Of a DNA stretch of 64,000 bases, positions 20,680 to 31,313 are shown piece after piece. Location: assembly GCA_963668035.1 (NCBI GenBank), contig OY764073.1, forward strand, positions 3,138,930 to 3,202,929, given 5' to 3'. A program made the position numbers and the translations under genes. The stretch's first letter is position 1, and each line of letters starts with the position of its first letter. The notes under the pieces are model-generated. The model did no database searches, was not told the origin of the DNA, and worked only from the letters and a program-made list of their open reading frames with translations. Origin of the DNA: Candidatus Poribacteria bacterium. GTDB lineage: Bacteria; Poribacteria; WGA-4E; WGA-3G.

Positions 20680-21870
20680 GTGGATAAACTGGAATTAAAG
20701 GATATAGATGTTACAGGAAAACGCGTTCTTGTGCGGGTAGACTTCAACGTTCCGATGAAAAACGGGAAAATCACAGATGAAACCCGTATCACCGCTGCTT
20801 TACCGACGCTTTTAGCACTTATCAACGCAGATGCCAAAACCATCTTGGTAACACACTTAGGCAGGCCGGAAGTAGGTTCGGCAGCCGACAGGAAAACACT
20901 TTCTACCGAGCCGATCGCCGTGGCTTTGAGCCAGAAACTCGGCACGCGCGTCGCACACGTCACAGATTGCATTGGTGAATCGGTGCAAAGTGCTGTCGCG
21001 TCAATGCGCAATGGCGAGGTGCTGCTCCTTGAAAATGTCCGCTTCTACGCTGAAGAGATCGAAAACGACGCAGCGTTTGCGCAACAACTCGCTTCGCTTG
21101 CAGATGTCTATGTCAACGATGCCTTCGGCACAGCACACCGTGCGCACGCTTCAACCGAGGGCGTAACCCACTATCTCAATCCGTGTGTCGCTGGACTCTT
21201 GATGGCACGTGAAATTTATTATCTCAGCACGAGCCTCGAAAACCCGGCACGTCCTTATGTCGCTATTCTCGGCGGTGCGAAGGTATCCGACAAAATTACA
21301 CTGATTGAAACGCTTCTTGAACAAGTGGATAAACTCCTCATCGGCGGCGGTATGGCATACACATTCCTGTCAGCGATGGGATTAAATATCGGCAATTCGC
21401 TTGTCGAAACCGAGAAACTTGACGTTGCAAAATCGTTGATCGAAAGAAAAAACTTCTCAGACACTGTTTTACTGCCAGTAGACCATGTTGTAGGACGAGA
21501 TTTTGACCCAGAAACTGAATCGCAAGTTGTCAACAAAGGCTCTATTCCGGACGGTTGGCAGGGATTAGATGTCGGTCCCGAAACGGTAACCGCGTTTGGT
21601 GAACAGATCGCCTCCGCGAAAACAGTGGTATGGAACGGGCCCTTAGGTGTCTATGAATTTGAGAAGTTCGCGCAAGGCACGATCGCAGTGGCGAAGCAGA
21701 TTGCCGACTCGGAATCGGTGAGTATTATCGGTGGCGGCGATTGTGTCGCAGCAATCCAACAAGCCAGTGTCGCTGATCGGATGACGCATATCTCAACAGG
21801 CGGCGGCGCGTCTTTAGAGTTTTTAGAGGGGAAATCGCTCCCCGGCATCGTTGCTTTAACGGATAATTGA
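20680..21870 (+). CDS. pgk: Phosphoglycerate kinase.
   Basis: RVDFNVP near the N-terminus, AKTILVTHLGRP, and hinge and C-domain motifs (GGGDC...GGGAS). Confidence 0.95.
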   Translation: MDKLELKDIDVTGKRVLVRVDFNVPMKNGKITDETRITAALPTLLALINADAKTILVTHLGRPEVGSAADRKTLSTEPIAVALSQKLGTRVAHVTDCIGESVQSAVASMRNGEVLLLENVRFYAEEIENDAAFAQQLASLADVYVNDAFGTAHRAHASTEGVTHYLNPCVAGLLMAREIYYLSTSLENPARPYVAILGGAKVSDKITLIETLLEQVDKLLIGGGMAYTFLSAMGLNIGNSLVETEKLDVAKSLIERKNFSDTVLLPVDHVVGRDFDPETESQVVNKGSIPDGWQGLDVGPETVTAFGEQIASAKTVVWNGPLGVYEFEKFAQGTIAVAKQIADSESVSIIGGGDCVAAIQQASVADRMTHISTGGGASLEFLEGKSLPGIVALTDN

Positions 21871-21886
21871 GGTACAGAGGTAAAAA

Positions 21887-23323
21887 ATGTTTGATAAAAT
21901 TGTCCCCCGCAGTGAAGACTACGCAAAATGGTATACCCAAGTCATCCGCCAGGCTGAAATGGCAGATTATGCGCCCGTGCGTGGCTGCATGGTCGTACGT
22001 CCTTACGGTTACGCGCTTTGGGAGAACGTCAAAGAACAGTTGGATACCCGTTTCAAGGAGACAGGACACCAAAACGCCGCGTTTCCGCTCTTTATTCCGA
22101 TGAGTTTCATTGAAAAAGAGGCGGAACACGTCGAAGGTTTCAAACCGGAACTCGCCGTTGTCACGCACGGTGGCGGGAAAAAGTTGGAAGAACCGCTCGT
22201 GGTGCGTCCGACATCTGAAACCATCATCGGGTATATGTATAGCCAATGGATTCAGTCCTACCGCGATCTACCGGTGCTTATCAATCAGTGGGCAAACGTG
22301 GTCCGCTGGGAGCTGCGTACCCGTCTCTTCCTGAGAACGATGGAATTCTTCTGGCAGGAAGGGCATACTGCACACGCGACGCACGCGGAAGCAGAAGAGG
22401 AGACACTCCGCATCCTGGATCTTTATACCGATTTTGCAGTCAACGAAGCCGCGATTCCTGTTATCCCCGGACGCAAGAGCGAAAGCGAAAAATTTCCGGG
22501 TGCGCTGACCTCCTATACGATTGAAGCGATGATGGGCGATAAACGTGCCGCCCAAGCCGGCACCTCACATGATCTCGGGCAGAACTTTGCGAAAGCGTTT
22601 GATATTCAATATCTCGATGCCAATCAGAAACAGCAGTACTGCTGGACAACGAGTTGGGGAGTCAGCACACGAATGGTCGGTGTGATCATCATGGTGCATG
22701 GGGATGATCAAGGGTTAGTCCTACCGCCGAGGCTTGCCCCGACACAACTTGTCATCGTGCCAATCGTTCCGAAAAACAGAGAAGCTGATAAGCAGACAGT
22801 TATGCAAGCCGTTGACAGTTTATGTGAAACTTTGGGGAGTGTCCGCTACCATGTTGACGATAGGCACGACTACTCGCCCGGCTGGCGGTTCAATGAATGG
22901 GAGCTCAAAGGCGTACCGCTCCGCATTGAAATAGGGCCGCGTGATCTGAGCAACCAGCAGGTTGTGCTTGCACGTCGGGATATACCGGGCAAAGAAGGCA
23001 AAACCTTCGTCCCGATGGATAACGCTGCCGAGACGGTGACACAGATGCTCGACACTATCCAAGCGGATATGCTGAAACGGGCAACGGATTTTCGCGATGC
23101 GAACACCTTTGAACCGGACACTTACGAAGAATTCAAAGCGGTCATGGAAGACGGATTTGTGCGTGCGCGCTGGTGTGGCGACGCAGCATGTGAAGATCAA
23201 GTCAGCGAAGAGACACAGGCGACTATCCGATGTATTCCTATGGAGCAGCCCGACGGAGATGGTGAATGTATTGTCTGCGGAAAGGCGGCTGCGGATATTG
23301 CAGTCTTTGCACGGGCATATTAA
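21887..23323 (+). CDS. proS: Proline--tRNA ligase, archaeal/eukaryote-like type with a C-terminal zinc-binding domain.
   Basis: Class II motifs (FRxE-like RWELRTRLFLRTMEFF, GHTAH), a 478 aa length and a C-terminal CIVCG. Confidence 0.9.
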   Translation: MFDKIVPRSEDYAKWYTQVIRQAEMADYAPVRGCMVVRPYGYALWENVKEQLDTRFKETGHQNAAFPLFIPMSFIEKEAEHVEGFKPELAVVTHGGGKKLEEPLVVRPTSETIIGYMYSQWIQSYRDLPVLINQWANVVRWELRTRLFLRTMEFFWQEGHTAHATHAEAEEETLRILDLYTDFAVNEAAIPVIPGRKSESEKFPGALTSYTIEAMMGDKRAAQAGTSHDLGQNFAKAFDIQYLDANQKQQYCWTTSWGVSTRMVGVIIMVHGDDQGLVLPPRLAPTQLVIVPIVPKNREADKQTVMQAVDSLCETLGSVRYHVDDRHDYSPGWRFNEWELKGVPLRIEIGPRDLSNQQVVLARRDIPGKEGKTFVPMDNAAETVTQMLDTIQADMLKRATDFRDANTFEPDTYEEFKAVMEDGFVRARWCGDAACEDQVSEETQATIRCIPMEQPDGDGECIVCGKAAADIAVFARAY

Positions 23324-23490
23324 AGTAGTTATCAGTTATCAGTCGTCAGTTTTCAGTTAAGAGGTTCGTGATTGACTCACATATTCTTCTGTAACCGTTG
23401 TCCCTCGATTAAGGGAACAACAATTACTAAAGACGAGTCATTAATCAAAAAATCAGACTGATAACCGATGACTGACAACCCTAAAAAAAT
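23324..23490 (+). repeat. Intergenic inverted-repeat element, copy B.
   Basis: Left arm gtagttatcagttatcagtcgtcagttttcagttaagagg, right arm cagactgataaccgatgactgacaaccctaaaaaaat. It lies between proS and sucD. Confidence 0.75.
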
Positions 23491-24363
23491 ATGAGCATAC
23501 TCGTAAACAAAAACACAAAAGTAATAGTTCAAGGCATTACCGGGCGTTCTGGACGCTTTCATACGGAGCAGTGCGCGGCTTACGGCACCCAAATTGTCGC
23601 AGGCGCGGTGCCTGGTAGAGGCGGATCTGATGTAAACGGGATCCCCGTATATGATACCGTGGCAGAAGGCGTTACAGCAACTGGCGCGGATACATCGCTG
23701 ATTTTCGTGCCGGCACGCTTCAATGCAGCCGACTCCGTGATGGAGGCTGCGAATGCTGGTGTCAAACTTATCGTCTGTATCTCCGAACATATACCTGTGC
23801 TTGACATGGTGAAAGCGAAGGCGTTCCTGAAAGGAAAACCTACCCGATTAATCGGTCCGAACTGCCCTGGGGTGATCACACCCGGCGAATGCAAAATCGG
23901 TGTGATGCCGGAATTTGCGTATGCACCCGGCAACGTTGGCATCGTTTCCCGAAGTGGTACGCTCACTTATGAAGCCGCCTATCAACTGAAACGGCTCGGC
24001 ATCGGGCAGTCTACCTGTGTCGGTATCGGTGGCGACCCCGTGATCGGGACAAACTTCGTTGATGTTCTCAAACTTTTCGAGGCGGATGCCGATACGCACG
24101 CCATTGTTTTAATCGGTGAGATCGGCGGAACAGCTGAAGAAACGGCTGCGCAGTTCGTGAAAAATGAAATGACGAAGCCGGTTGTCGGATTTATCGCTGG
24201 ACAGACAGCACCGCCGGGCAAACGAATGGGGCACGCGGGTGCAATTATCTCCGGTGGACAAGGCACCGCTGCAGGTAAAATTCAGGCTCTCAAGGATGCG
24301 GGGATCACCGTCGCAGATAGCCTCGCTACTATTGGGGAAACTGTGGCATCGGTTTTAACCTAA
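23491..24363 (+). CDS. sucD: Succinate--CoA ligase alpha subunit.
   Basis: [14 protein letters not shown] CoA-binding motif and the phospho-His loop SGTLTYE...MGHAGAI. Confidence 0.95.
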   Translation: MSILVNKNTKVIVQGITGRSGRFHTEQCAAYGTQIVAGAVPGRGGSDVNGIPVYDTVAEGVTATGADTSLIFVPARFNAADSVMEAANAGVKLIVCISEHIPVLDMVKAKAFLKGKPTRLIGPNCPGVITPGECKIGVMPEFAYAPGNVGIVSRSGTLTYEAAYQLKRLGIGQSTCVGIGGDPVIGTNFVDVLKLFEADADTHAIVLIGEIGGTAEETAAQFVKNEMTKPVVGFIAGQTAPPGKRMGHAGAIISGGQGTAAGKIQALKDAGITVADSLATIGETVASVLT

Positions 24364-24426
24364 CACCTTGGAGGTAAGGCATCCAAACCGTGCTGAAGCT
24401 TCGGACTTTTTGCGAGGAGACCGGTT

Positions 24427-25257
24427 GTGAAAAAAGACATCGCTTATCTGCACACTAAAAAACGGGAACAGCAACCGATCACCGTGCTAACCTGTTACGA
24501 TTACCCGACCGCTCGCTTACAGGACGACGCTGAGATTGACATTGTCTTTGTTGGAGATAGCGTCGGTACTAACATTCTCGGCTATAAAAGCGAGATGGAG
24601 GTGACGATGGCGGATATGCGTCATCACCTTAAAGCGGTACGTCGCGGTGTGACATATGCCTACCTGCTCGTTGATATGCCCTACGCCGCCGACCGCGAGG
24701 TGCAGCAAGCTGTTGCCAATGCGCAACTTTTCTTAGCAGATGGTGCCGATGGTGTTAAATTGGAGGGTGGGACGGAAAAGGTACCTATTATTACCGCCCT
24801 TGCCGAAGCGGGTATAGAGACCTGCGCGCACATCGGTCACAACCCGCAAATCCACGGTTCCAAAGTGGCAACGCACGGGAAAACTTTTGCCAAGGCGAAA
24901 CGGCTCATCGAAACGGCAGTGGCACTTGCGGACGCTGGGGCGAAACTCATCGTGCTTGAGAAAATCACTGAGGAGATCAGTCAAATCATAACCGAAAGCG
25001 TTGATATTCCGACCATCGGTATTGGTGCAGGACGCTTCTGTGACGGGCAGGTGCTTGTCATCAACGATGTTTTAGGCATAGGCCCAACCTTCAAACACGC
25101 CAGACGCTATCAGGATTACGACCACTTTACCTTTGAGGCAATATCGCAATATATATACGATGTCGAAAACGGAGACTTTCCAGCAGATGATAATGTCGTT
25201 CACATTGCCCCTGACAAGTTGGCACGCGTGCAGAAGTGGTTGAAATCAGAACGGTGA
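24427..25257 (+). CDS. panB: 3-methyl-2-oxobutanoate hydroxymethyltransferase (ketopantoate hydroxymethyltransferase).
   Basis: ITVLTCYDY, VGDSVG and GHIG motifs with a GTG start. Confidence 0.9.
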   Translation: MKKDIAYLHTKKREQQPITVLTCYDYPTARLQDDAEIDIVFVGDSVGTNILGYKSEMEVTMADMRHHLKAVRRGVTYAYLLVDMPYAADREVQQAVANAQLFLADGADGVKLEGGTEKVPIITALAEAGIETCAHIGHNPQIHGSKVATHGKTFAKAKRLIETAVALADAGAKLIVLEKITEEISQIITESVDIPTIGIGAGRFCDGQVLVINDVLGIGPTFKHARRYQDYDHFTFEAISQYIYDVENGDFPADDNVVHIAPDKLARVQKWLKSER

Positions 25258-25268
25258 TACACCTCTAC

Positions 25269-28175
25269 TTATTCTGCTACCTTTATACCTTCGAGGACTT
25301 CCTCCCAATCCCATAGAAGGATTGTGCCATCTGCCCCTGTACTGACAACTGTTTTCCCATCGGCAGAGAATTTCAACGTCTCTATATGAGCTGTATGTCC
25401 GGTGAGCGTCGTGAGCTTGTTGCCAGTTCTAACATCCCATAACTGGATCTCGCCACTTACACGTCCATTCACAAGCACGTCATTATCCGGCGAAAATACC
25501 AATACGTTGGAATTATGAGGTATTTCTTCCTTCAGACCAGTATATTTCTCACCTCCGAACAGGCGAATGCGCTGATTACTCCCCACGGCAAGCAACGTCC
25601 CATCTGGCGAGAATGTCAATGCTGAAATTGGTTCCTCAATATTAATATTATTATTGAAATCATCCAAGTTTTGTCCGGCAAGAAGGGTAGCTGATGCAAC
25701 ACCCGTTTCTGTATCCCATACTTGAACTTTCCCGGTCTCAGTAGCACTGACAAGTTCTTTTCTAACCGGCGAGAATGCCAATGCGCTGATTTCAGGGTGA
25801 TACCATAACTCGGGATACTCGGGATGATCGTTCGGATCGAAGAAGGGAATGTCGAGTGTGTGACCTGTTTCTGTATGCCACAAATGGATCTTATCCCAAC
25901 TGTTGAAAGCTAACATTTCTCCATCAGATGAAAATGTCAGATTTGCGGGAGAATCTTCTGTCTCTTTCAAAGTTACCTCATGCCCCGTGCGGGTGTCAGT
26001 TAAACGAATCAAGTTATCAGATGTCGTCAAGGTAAGAACGGCGCTCCCTGCTTTGAAGATCATGTTCGCACGTTTTACACCGATACTGGCGAGCCTCGTG
26101 CCATCCGGTGAAAACACCAAGCTCCTGAACCAATCCCGATGTTCTCCGATCTGAGGTACTGGGTTTTGTGGTGTTTTTAAATCCCAAAAGGTAATTATGC
26201 CGTTAGATGCTGCGCTAACAAGCGTCGAATTCTCTCCCAAGAAAGTAGCCGCCTTTATCCACTGTGAATGTCCGTTAATACGCGTAGCAAGCGATTTGCC
26301 TGTCTTGATATCCCAAAACCGTACGGTGCCGTCTGCGCTTGCACTCGCAAGCATACTACCGTCGGGTGAAAACGTTAGGGCAGTAATGCCGTTAATATGT
26401 CCAATGAATGCCGCGAGTAGTTTACCTGTGGTGGTATCCGACAAAAGCACCGTCTTATCGGTGCTTCCGCTTGCAAGCATTTTTCCGTCTGGAGAAAATG
26501 CTAACACATTTACCCAACCTTCGTGCTGCTGGAGAATGGTCGGTTCATCGTTGCTGGTGGCATTCCATAATCGCACCGTTGTGTCTCCACCGCCGCTGGC
26601 GAGCTGGGTTCCATCGGGCGAAAATGCCAAGGCTAAGACACATTCCTCGGGGAAGTCACGTTCTCCTATTTCCGCATGTCCACTGAGCGTGAATAACTGT
26701 TCACCAGTGATTGTATCCCACAACTCAATACTTCCGTCCTTCTTCCCGACAGCAAATTTATCGTAAGTGAGTGCATCGGGTGCAGGTGAAAAAGTTGAAG
26801 ATTGGTCTTTGATCTTCTTCACATTTCCCTTTCTGGTATCAATATCTAAATGACGAATTGAGCCTCCATGATTTGCCAAACTGATAAGCGTTTTACCGTC
26901 CTCAGAGAACTGCAATACTGAGGCAGAGAACTGCAATGCTGGAAGAGCCACTTTTCGTCTGGTAGCTATTTCCCACAACTGAAGTGCCTCTCCATGGTAC
27001 TGCCCGCCTCCATGGGCAAGGAATCGTCCATCTGGCGAAAAGGCAAGGGATTGGCACATACCGGGGAACATAGACACTTCTTTACCTGTTTCCACATCGT
27101 ATAGCCACACCCCAATATTGCTGCCTACCGCAAGTTGGGTGCCGTCCGGTGAGAATTGAAGTACGTTGATTCCGCCTTTTCCCAGACGCGCTTTTGCATT
27201 TTTGGGTAGTGCCCATTGGGTCCAATCTTTCACGGTTTCCTCCGTTTGTGCCTCTGCAATTCTTGCAGGCGCATCGTTAGGTTGCTGTTCAGGGGTATTG
27301 CGCTTACCCACTGCATTGGCACTTCCTATTTGTATCCGTATATCTGGTTTTGATTCAAGGTTCGCGACTATAGGCGTGTCGATGATATCAACGGTCATTT
27401 CCGAAGAGGCATCAAAACTATAAGGTTTCTGGAAAAGTCCTAAGTATTGGTGGTTTCCAAAACCGAACATTAGCAACACAACTGCTAACGTGGAAGCAGC
27501 AACTGCCCACGGCACTAATGGTTTGCTACTGCACGGGGCATCCGGTTTGACCCGTGAAACCTCGCGCATAATGGTCTCGGTAAGATTCGGTGAGATTTGG
27601 AAATTATCTAAGGCTTCCCTTATGATCGCTTCTTCCTTCTTTAAACGCTGCTGTGCCCGGCGGAGCCGACTCTTAACCGTATTCGCTGATACACCTAAAA
27701 ACACACCGATCTCGGTACACGACATCTCCGCGAAGTAGTGTAGTGTCATCACAGTGCGTTCACTCTCTTGGAGTTTCGCAAGTAGTTTTTTGACGACCTC
27801 GCGTTGTGCTTGTCCGGATATGCGCTCGTTTTCTTCAACGACATACTGAGAGTACGACGGTTCCTCAGATCGGACTCCACCCTTGTTTTTCAACAACTGC
27901 GTCCGTAAATGCTTTTTATGCAACCATGTGTTGCAGCGGCTTGTGGCAATCACATAAAGCCAACTTGCAAAACGCTGCGGCTTTTTCAGCGTTCGGAGTT
28001 TCTGATAGGCTCTCAGGAATGTATCTTGTGTAATCTCCTCGGCAATGTGAAAATCTCCGATTTTCCGCCACGCGAGTGCGTGCACCTGTTTTTGATATTT
28101 TTCCACAAGTGCTGAGAAGGCATTCTCATCGCCGTCGAGAACACGGTGAATTAATTGTGCATCACTGTTTTTCAT
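25269..28175 (-). CDS. ECF-type sigma-70 factor fused to a single TM helix and a C-terminal WD40 beta-propeller (Planctomycete 'ECF01'-like architecture).
   Basis: Sigma region 2 (LVEKYQKQVHALAWRKIGDFHIAEEITQDTFL) and region 4 HTH (TVMTLHYFAEMSCTEIGVFLGVSANTVKSRL). A TM segment (WAVAASTLAVVLLMFGF) is followed by more than 12 FSPDG...LA.G WD40 repeats. Confidence 0.85.
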   Translation of the reverse strand: MKNSDAQLIHRVLDGDENAFSALVEKYQKQVHALAWRKIGDFHIAEEITQDTFLRAYQKLRTLKKPQRFASWLYVIATSRCNTWLHKKHLRTQLLKNKGGVRSEEPSYSQYVVEENERISGQAQREVVKKLLAKLQESERTVMTLHYFAEMSCTEIGVFLGVSANTVKSRLRRAQQRLKKEEAIIREALDNFQISPNLTETIMREVSRVKPDAPCSSKPLVPWAVAASTLAVVLLMFGFGNHQYLGLFQKPYSFDASSEMTVDIIDTPIVANLESKPDIRIQIGSANAVGKRNTPEQQPNDAPARIAEAQTEETVKDWTQWALPKNAKARLGKGGINVLQFSPDGTQLAVGSNIGVWLYDVETGKEVSMFPGMCQSLAFSPDGRFLAHGGGQYHGEALQLWEIATRRKVALPALQFSASVLQFSEDGKTLISLANHGGSIRHLDIDTRKGNVKKIKDQSSTFSPAPDALTYDKFAVGKKDGSIELWDTITGEQLFTLSGHAEIGERDFPEECVLALAFSPDGTQLASGGGDTTVRLWNATSNDEPTILQQHEGWVNVLAFSPDGKMLASGSTDKTVLLSDTTTGKLLAAFIGHINGITALTFSPDGSMLASASADGTVRFWDIKTGKSLATRINGHSQWIKAATFLGENSTLVSAASNGIITFWDLKTPQNPVPQIGEHRDWFRSLVFSPDGTRLASIGVKRANMIFKAGSAVLTLTTSDNLIRLTDTRTGHEVTLKETEDSPANLTFSSDGEMLAFNSWDKIHLWHTETGHTLDIPFFDPNDHPEYPELWYHPEISALAFSPVRKELVSATETGKVQVWDTETGVASATLLAGQNLDDFNNNINIEEPISALTFSPDGTLLAVGSNQRIRLFGGEKYTGLKEEIPHNSNVLVFSPDNDVLVNGRVSGEIQLWDVRTGNKLTTLTGHTAHIETLKFSADGKTVVSTGADGTILLWDWEEVLEGIKVAE

Positions 28176-28218
28176 GGATTACCTCCCATTTCACCCTATA
28201 GTGACACTATGAAACGGC

Positions 28219-28244
28219 GAAACGGGTGCATAATTCTGCACAAA
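28219..28244 (-). promoter_or_regulatory. Conserved upstream motif with a GTGCA-N6-TGCAC dyad (candidate ECF promoter/operator), copy 1.
   Basis: gaaacgggtgcataattctgcacaaa is identical to the copy at 31288-31313. It sits about 45 nt upstream of the start codon. Confidence 0.4.
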
Positions 28245-28282
28245 CGGAAGTGTGTTTGGATAAGGAGCGTTAGAGATTTATT

Positions 28283-31243
28283 CTACCACTCCAAATCTCT
28301 CAATACTTCATCCCACTCCCATAAGAGAATTGTGCCATCTGAGCTCCCGGTGGCAAGGGTTGTTCCATCTCCAGAGAAAACTAACACAGAAATCCAACCG
28401 GTGTGTCCGGTGAGAGTCGATATAATTTTACCAGTAGTGGCATTTCGCAACTCAATAAACCCGTGTCTACTTCCACTGATGAGAATAGAACCATCGGGCG
28501 AGAACGTTAACGCCGTTGGCGGATCGCCATAGCCTACATCTTCCAAGCGGGTTACAGCATCGTAGGTGCCAGTTGCAGGATTTCGGGAATAAATATGTCT
28601 TCCGCCGGCAAAGGTGTTACTATCCGGTGCGAAAGCAACAGCCCCTTGGTCAGGAAAAGTCGCTAGCTCAGCACCGGTCATAGCATCCCACAGCCTTATT
28701 GTCACGTCCTTGTGTGTCCATCCTGAACTGACGACAGTTTTGTTATCCGGCGAAAATGCCAAACCGTAAACTGCTGTCGTATGTCCTTCAAGTCTACATT
28801 GGGTTCGGCGGTTCGGAACATCCCATATCTGTATTGTATTATCTTGCCGGGCACTCACTGCCAGCAGTTTGCTGTCAGCAGAGAAGACCACTTGCGCTTG
28901 GAATCCAGACTCTTCCGGATCGCCTAACGTTGATAAAAGCTGTCTTGTGTTGGTATCCCATAATCGGACGACTTGAGTGCGGAAATTTATTTTAGTTTGA
29001 TCTTTGGTTACAAACACACTTCCATCGGGGGATATAGCGGCTTCTGATGTTTCTTCACCGCCATTTTCAACCCTATCGGTTGAAAGTTCGCTCCCGGTAT
29101 CTGTATCCCATACAGAAACGAAAGCTTGGGAATTTCTCAGACTTACGCTGGTAAGGGTAGCAGTATGATTCGGTTTATCAGACGGATCCCGCGGTTTGTA
29201 TGGGGTAATGTCGTTGAATACCAATGCGGATAGCGTCCCTGAATATTGTGTAAGCGCAAATTGCTGATCCTCAGAATCGGTCTCCAGTAAACGGACAGTG
29301 CCATCCGTGTTCGCAGAGGCAAACTTTTTGCCATCCGGTGAAAAGGTGATTGCTGTGAATTTCGAGTGATCTGCATGTCCTTTGAGCGTCCGGAGGGGGC
29401 GTTGACCACTAATAATATCCGACATCAGCCGCAAAGCGGGAACTTTCTGATCTCCGCGGACGCTCCAGAACCGGACAGTACCATCTGTACCCCCGCTGGC
29501 AAGAAGACTGCCATCTGGCGAAAATGCTAACGCGTGGGAGGAAGTCGGGGCTTTAATAGTGGACAGAAGCTTCCGACTTTCAACGTCCCATAACTGAATA
29601 CCGTTCGCACTATCAGCAATCGCAAGTGTTTTGCTATCCGATGAAAATACCAAGGTTTCAATATTGTGGGAATGTTTTTCTACGGTAAATACACGCTGTT
29701 CAGTAGCGATGTCCCACACCTGGATCGCTGGAACTTCCTTCTTTTTTCGCCAATACGCATTGGCAGATACAGCCGCAAGAAATCGCTCATTTGGTGAGAT
29801 CGCTACATGCAATTCGTTCCCTGTCTGATCCAGTGCTGCAACGATTGGTGCGTGTGTATTATCAGCGAGATTCCATAACAGGGTCTTCCCGGATCCTCTA
29901 TCCCAAGTCCAGCGTCCTGCACCGACAAGTTTTGTGTTGCCTGCCAAAAATTGTAAGGCCTTCACAGGACCCGGGAGCTCTTCTAAAACAGATTTCAGCG
30001 TGCGTGTCTCTAAATCCCATAATTCTATTTTGCCATTTAAATCGCCGCAAGCGAGGGTGTCGCCATCGGAAGAAAGTGCCAACACGTTGATGTAGGATCT
30101 GCCTTGTCTCCGGTCAGTACCACTATCCTGCGTAAGTAAGGTAATTTCTTCACCCGTATTCGCATCGTAAAGCCAAACACCGATGGAAGTTCCAACGGCT
30201 AATAATGTCCCATCTGGGGTGAACTTGATAGCGTTGACCTTACCTTTTCCTAAACGCGCTTTTGCGGCTATTGGCAATTCCCATTGTGTCCAATCCTTCA
30301 TGGTTTCCTCCGCTTGTGCCTCCGATGAAAGTACAAGGGTTTCATTAGGGCGACGATTCGGGTTATTCTGTTTACCTTGTGCGTTGGTGCTTCCGATTTG
30401 TGTCCGCACATCCGGCTTAGATGCCAGATTCGCGACTATAGGGGTGTCAATAATATCAACAGTCATCTCCGAGGCAGCATCAAAATTGTAAGGTTGCTGA
30501 AAACGAGCGAAATATTGGTGACTTCCAAAACCAAGCATGAGCAACACCACTGCCAAGGTAGAAGCGGCGATTGCCCAAGGGACTAACGGTTGACCCCCGG
30601 AGGGTGCTATAGGTTTGATACGCGAAACCTCACGCATGATATTCTCAGTGAGATGCGGTGTCACTTGGAAATTATCTAAGGCTTCCCTTATTATCGCTTT
30701 TTCCTTCTTTAAACGCTGCTGTGCCCGGCGGAGCCGACTCTTAACCGTATTTCCCGAAACGCCTAAGAACGCGCCGATCTCGGTACACGACATCTCACCG
30801 AAGTAGTGCAAGGTCATCACAGTGCGTTCACTCTCCTCCAGTTTCGCAAGCAATTTTTTGACGACATCGCGCTGCGTTTCCGCACTGATTCGCTCATTTT
30901 CGGCAAGGATATGTGCAGAATAGGTCGTATTTTCTGAGGGTGCATCATCCCTTTTCGCCAGCAACTGCGCCCGCAAATGCTTTTTACGCAGCCATGTGCT
31001 GCAACGGTTAGCGGCGATAACATAGAGCCAACTTGCCAAACGCTGCGGTTTCTTCAACGTTCCGAGTTTCTGATATGCCTTCAGAAATGTGTCCTGTGTG
31101 ATCTCTTCGGCGATATGGAAATCTCCGATTTTTCGCCAAGCAAGCGCGTGCACCTGCTTTTGGTATTTCTCCACAAGTTCCGCGAAGGCGGCATCATCGC
31201 CATCAAGAATACGGTCAATCAATTGAGCATCGTCGTTTTTCAT
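28283..31243 (-). CDS. ECF sigma factor/TM/WD40 fusion, tandem paralog of 25269..28175.
   Basis: The N-terminal ~200 aa are ~80% identical to the neighbour. The region-4 DNA is nearly identical, and the architecture is the same. Confidence 0.85.
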   Translation of the reverse strand: MKNDDAQLIDRILDGDDAAFAELVEKYQKQVHALAWRKIGDFHIAEEITQDTFLKAYQKLGTLKKPQRLASWLYVIAANRCSTWLRKKHLRAQLLAKRDDAPSENTTYSAHILAENERISAETQRDVVKKLLAKLEESERTVMTLHYFGEMSCTEIGAFLGVSGNTVKSRLRRAQQRLKKEKAIIREALDNFQVTPHLTENIMREVSRIKPIAPSGGQPLVPWAIAASTLAVVLLMLGFGSHQYFARFQQPYNFDAASEMTVDIIDTPIVANLASKPDVRTQIGSTNAQGKQNNPNRRPNETLVLSSEAQAEETMKDWTQWELPIAAKARLGKGKVNAIKFTPDGTLLAVGTSIGVWLYDANTGEEITLLTQDSGTDRRQGRSYINVLALSSDGDTLACGDLNGKIELWDLETRTLKSVLEELPGPVKALQFLAGNTKLVGAGRWTWDRGSGKTLLWNLADNTHAPIVAALDQTGNELHVAISPNERFLAAVSANAYWRKKKEVPAIQVWDIATEQRVFTVEKHSHNIETLVFSSDSKTLAIADSANGIQLWDVESRKLLSTIKAPTSSHALAFSPDGSLLASGGTDGTVRFWSVRGDQKVPALRLMSDIISGQRPLRTLKGHADHSKFTAITFSPDGKKFASANTDGTVRLLETDSEDQQFALTQYSGTLSALVFNDITPYKPRDPSDKPNHTATLTSVSLRNSQAFVSVWDTDTGSELSTDRVENGGEETSEAAISPDGSVFVTKDQTKINFRTQVVRLWDTNTRQLLSTLGDPEESGFQAQVVFSADSKLLAVSARQDNTIQIWDVPNRRTQCRLEGHTTAVYGLAFSPDNKTVVSSGWTHKDVTIRLWDAMTGAELATFPDQGAVAFAPDSNTFAGGRHIYSRNPATGTYDAVTRLEDVGYGDPPTALTFSPDGSILISGSRHGFIELRNATTGKIISTLTGHTGWISVLVFSGDGTTLATGSSDGTILLWEWDEVLRDLEW

Positions 31244-31287
31244 CGGTCACCTCTGATCGCTTTATTAAGGTGACGTTATGAGATAGT

Positions 31288-31313
31288 GAAACGGGTGCAT
31301 AATTCTGCACAAA
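31288..31313 (-). promoter_or_regulatory. Conserved upstream motif, copy 2.
   Basis: Same 26-mer as at 28219-28244. The flanking gtgtttggata is also conserved. Confidence 0.4.

Noticed and set aside
23377-23966. Antisense ORFs (137 aa, 128 aa) overlapping sucD
   Set aside because: They lie opposite a highly conserved sucD CDS and have no motifs.
25903-27738. Multiple plus-strand ORFs (e.g. 26197..26766, 27166..27423, 27490..27738) and their counterparts 30183..30806 inside the two ECF/WD40 genes
   Set aside because: They are antisense to long, motif-rich CDSs. Their conservation between paralogs is explained by the duplicated coding strand.
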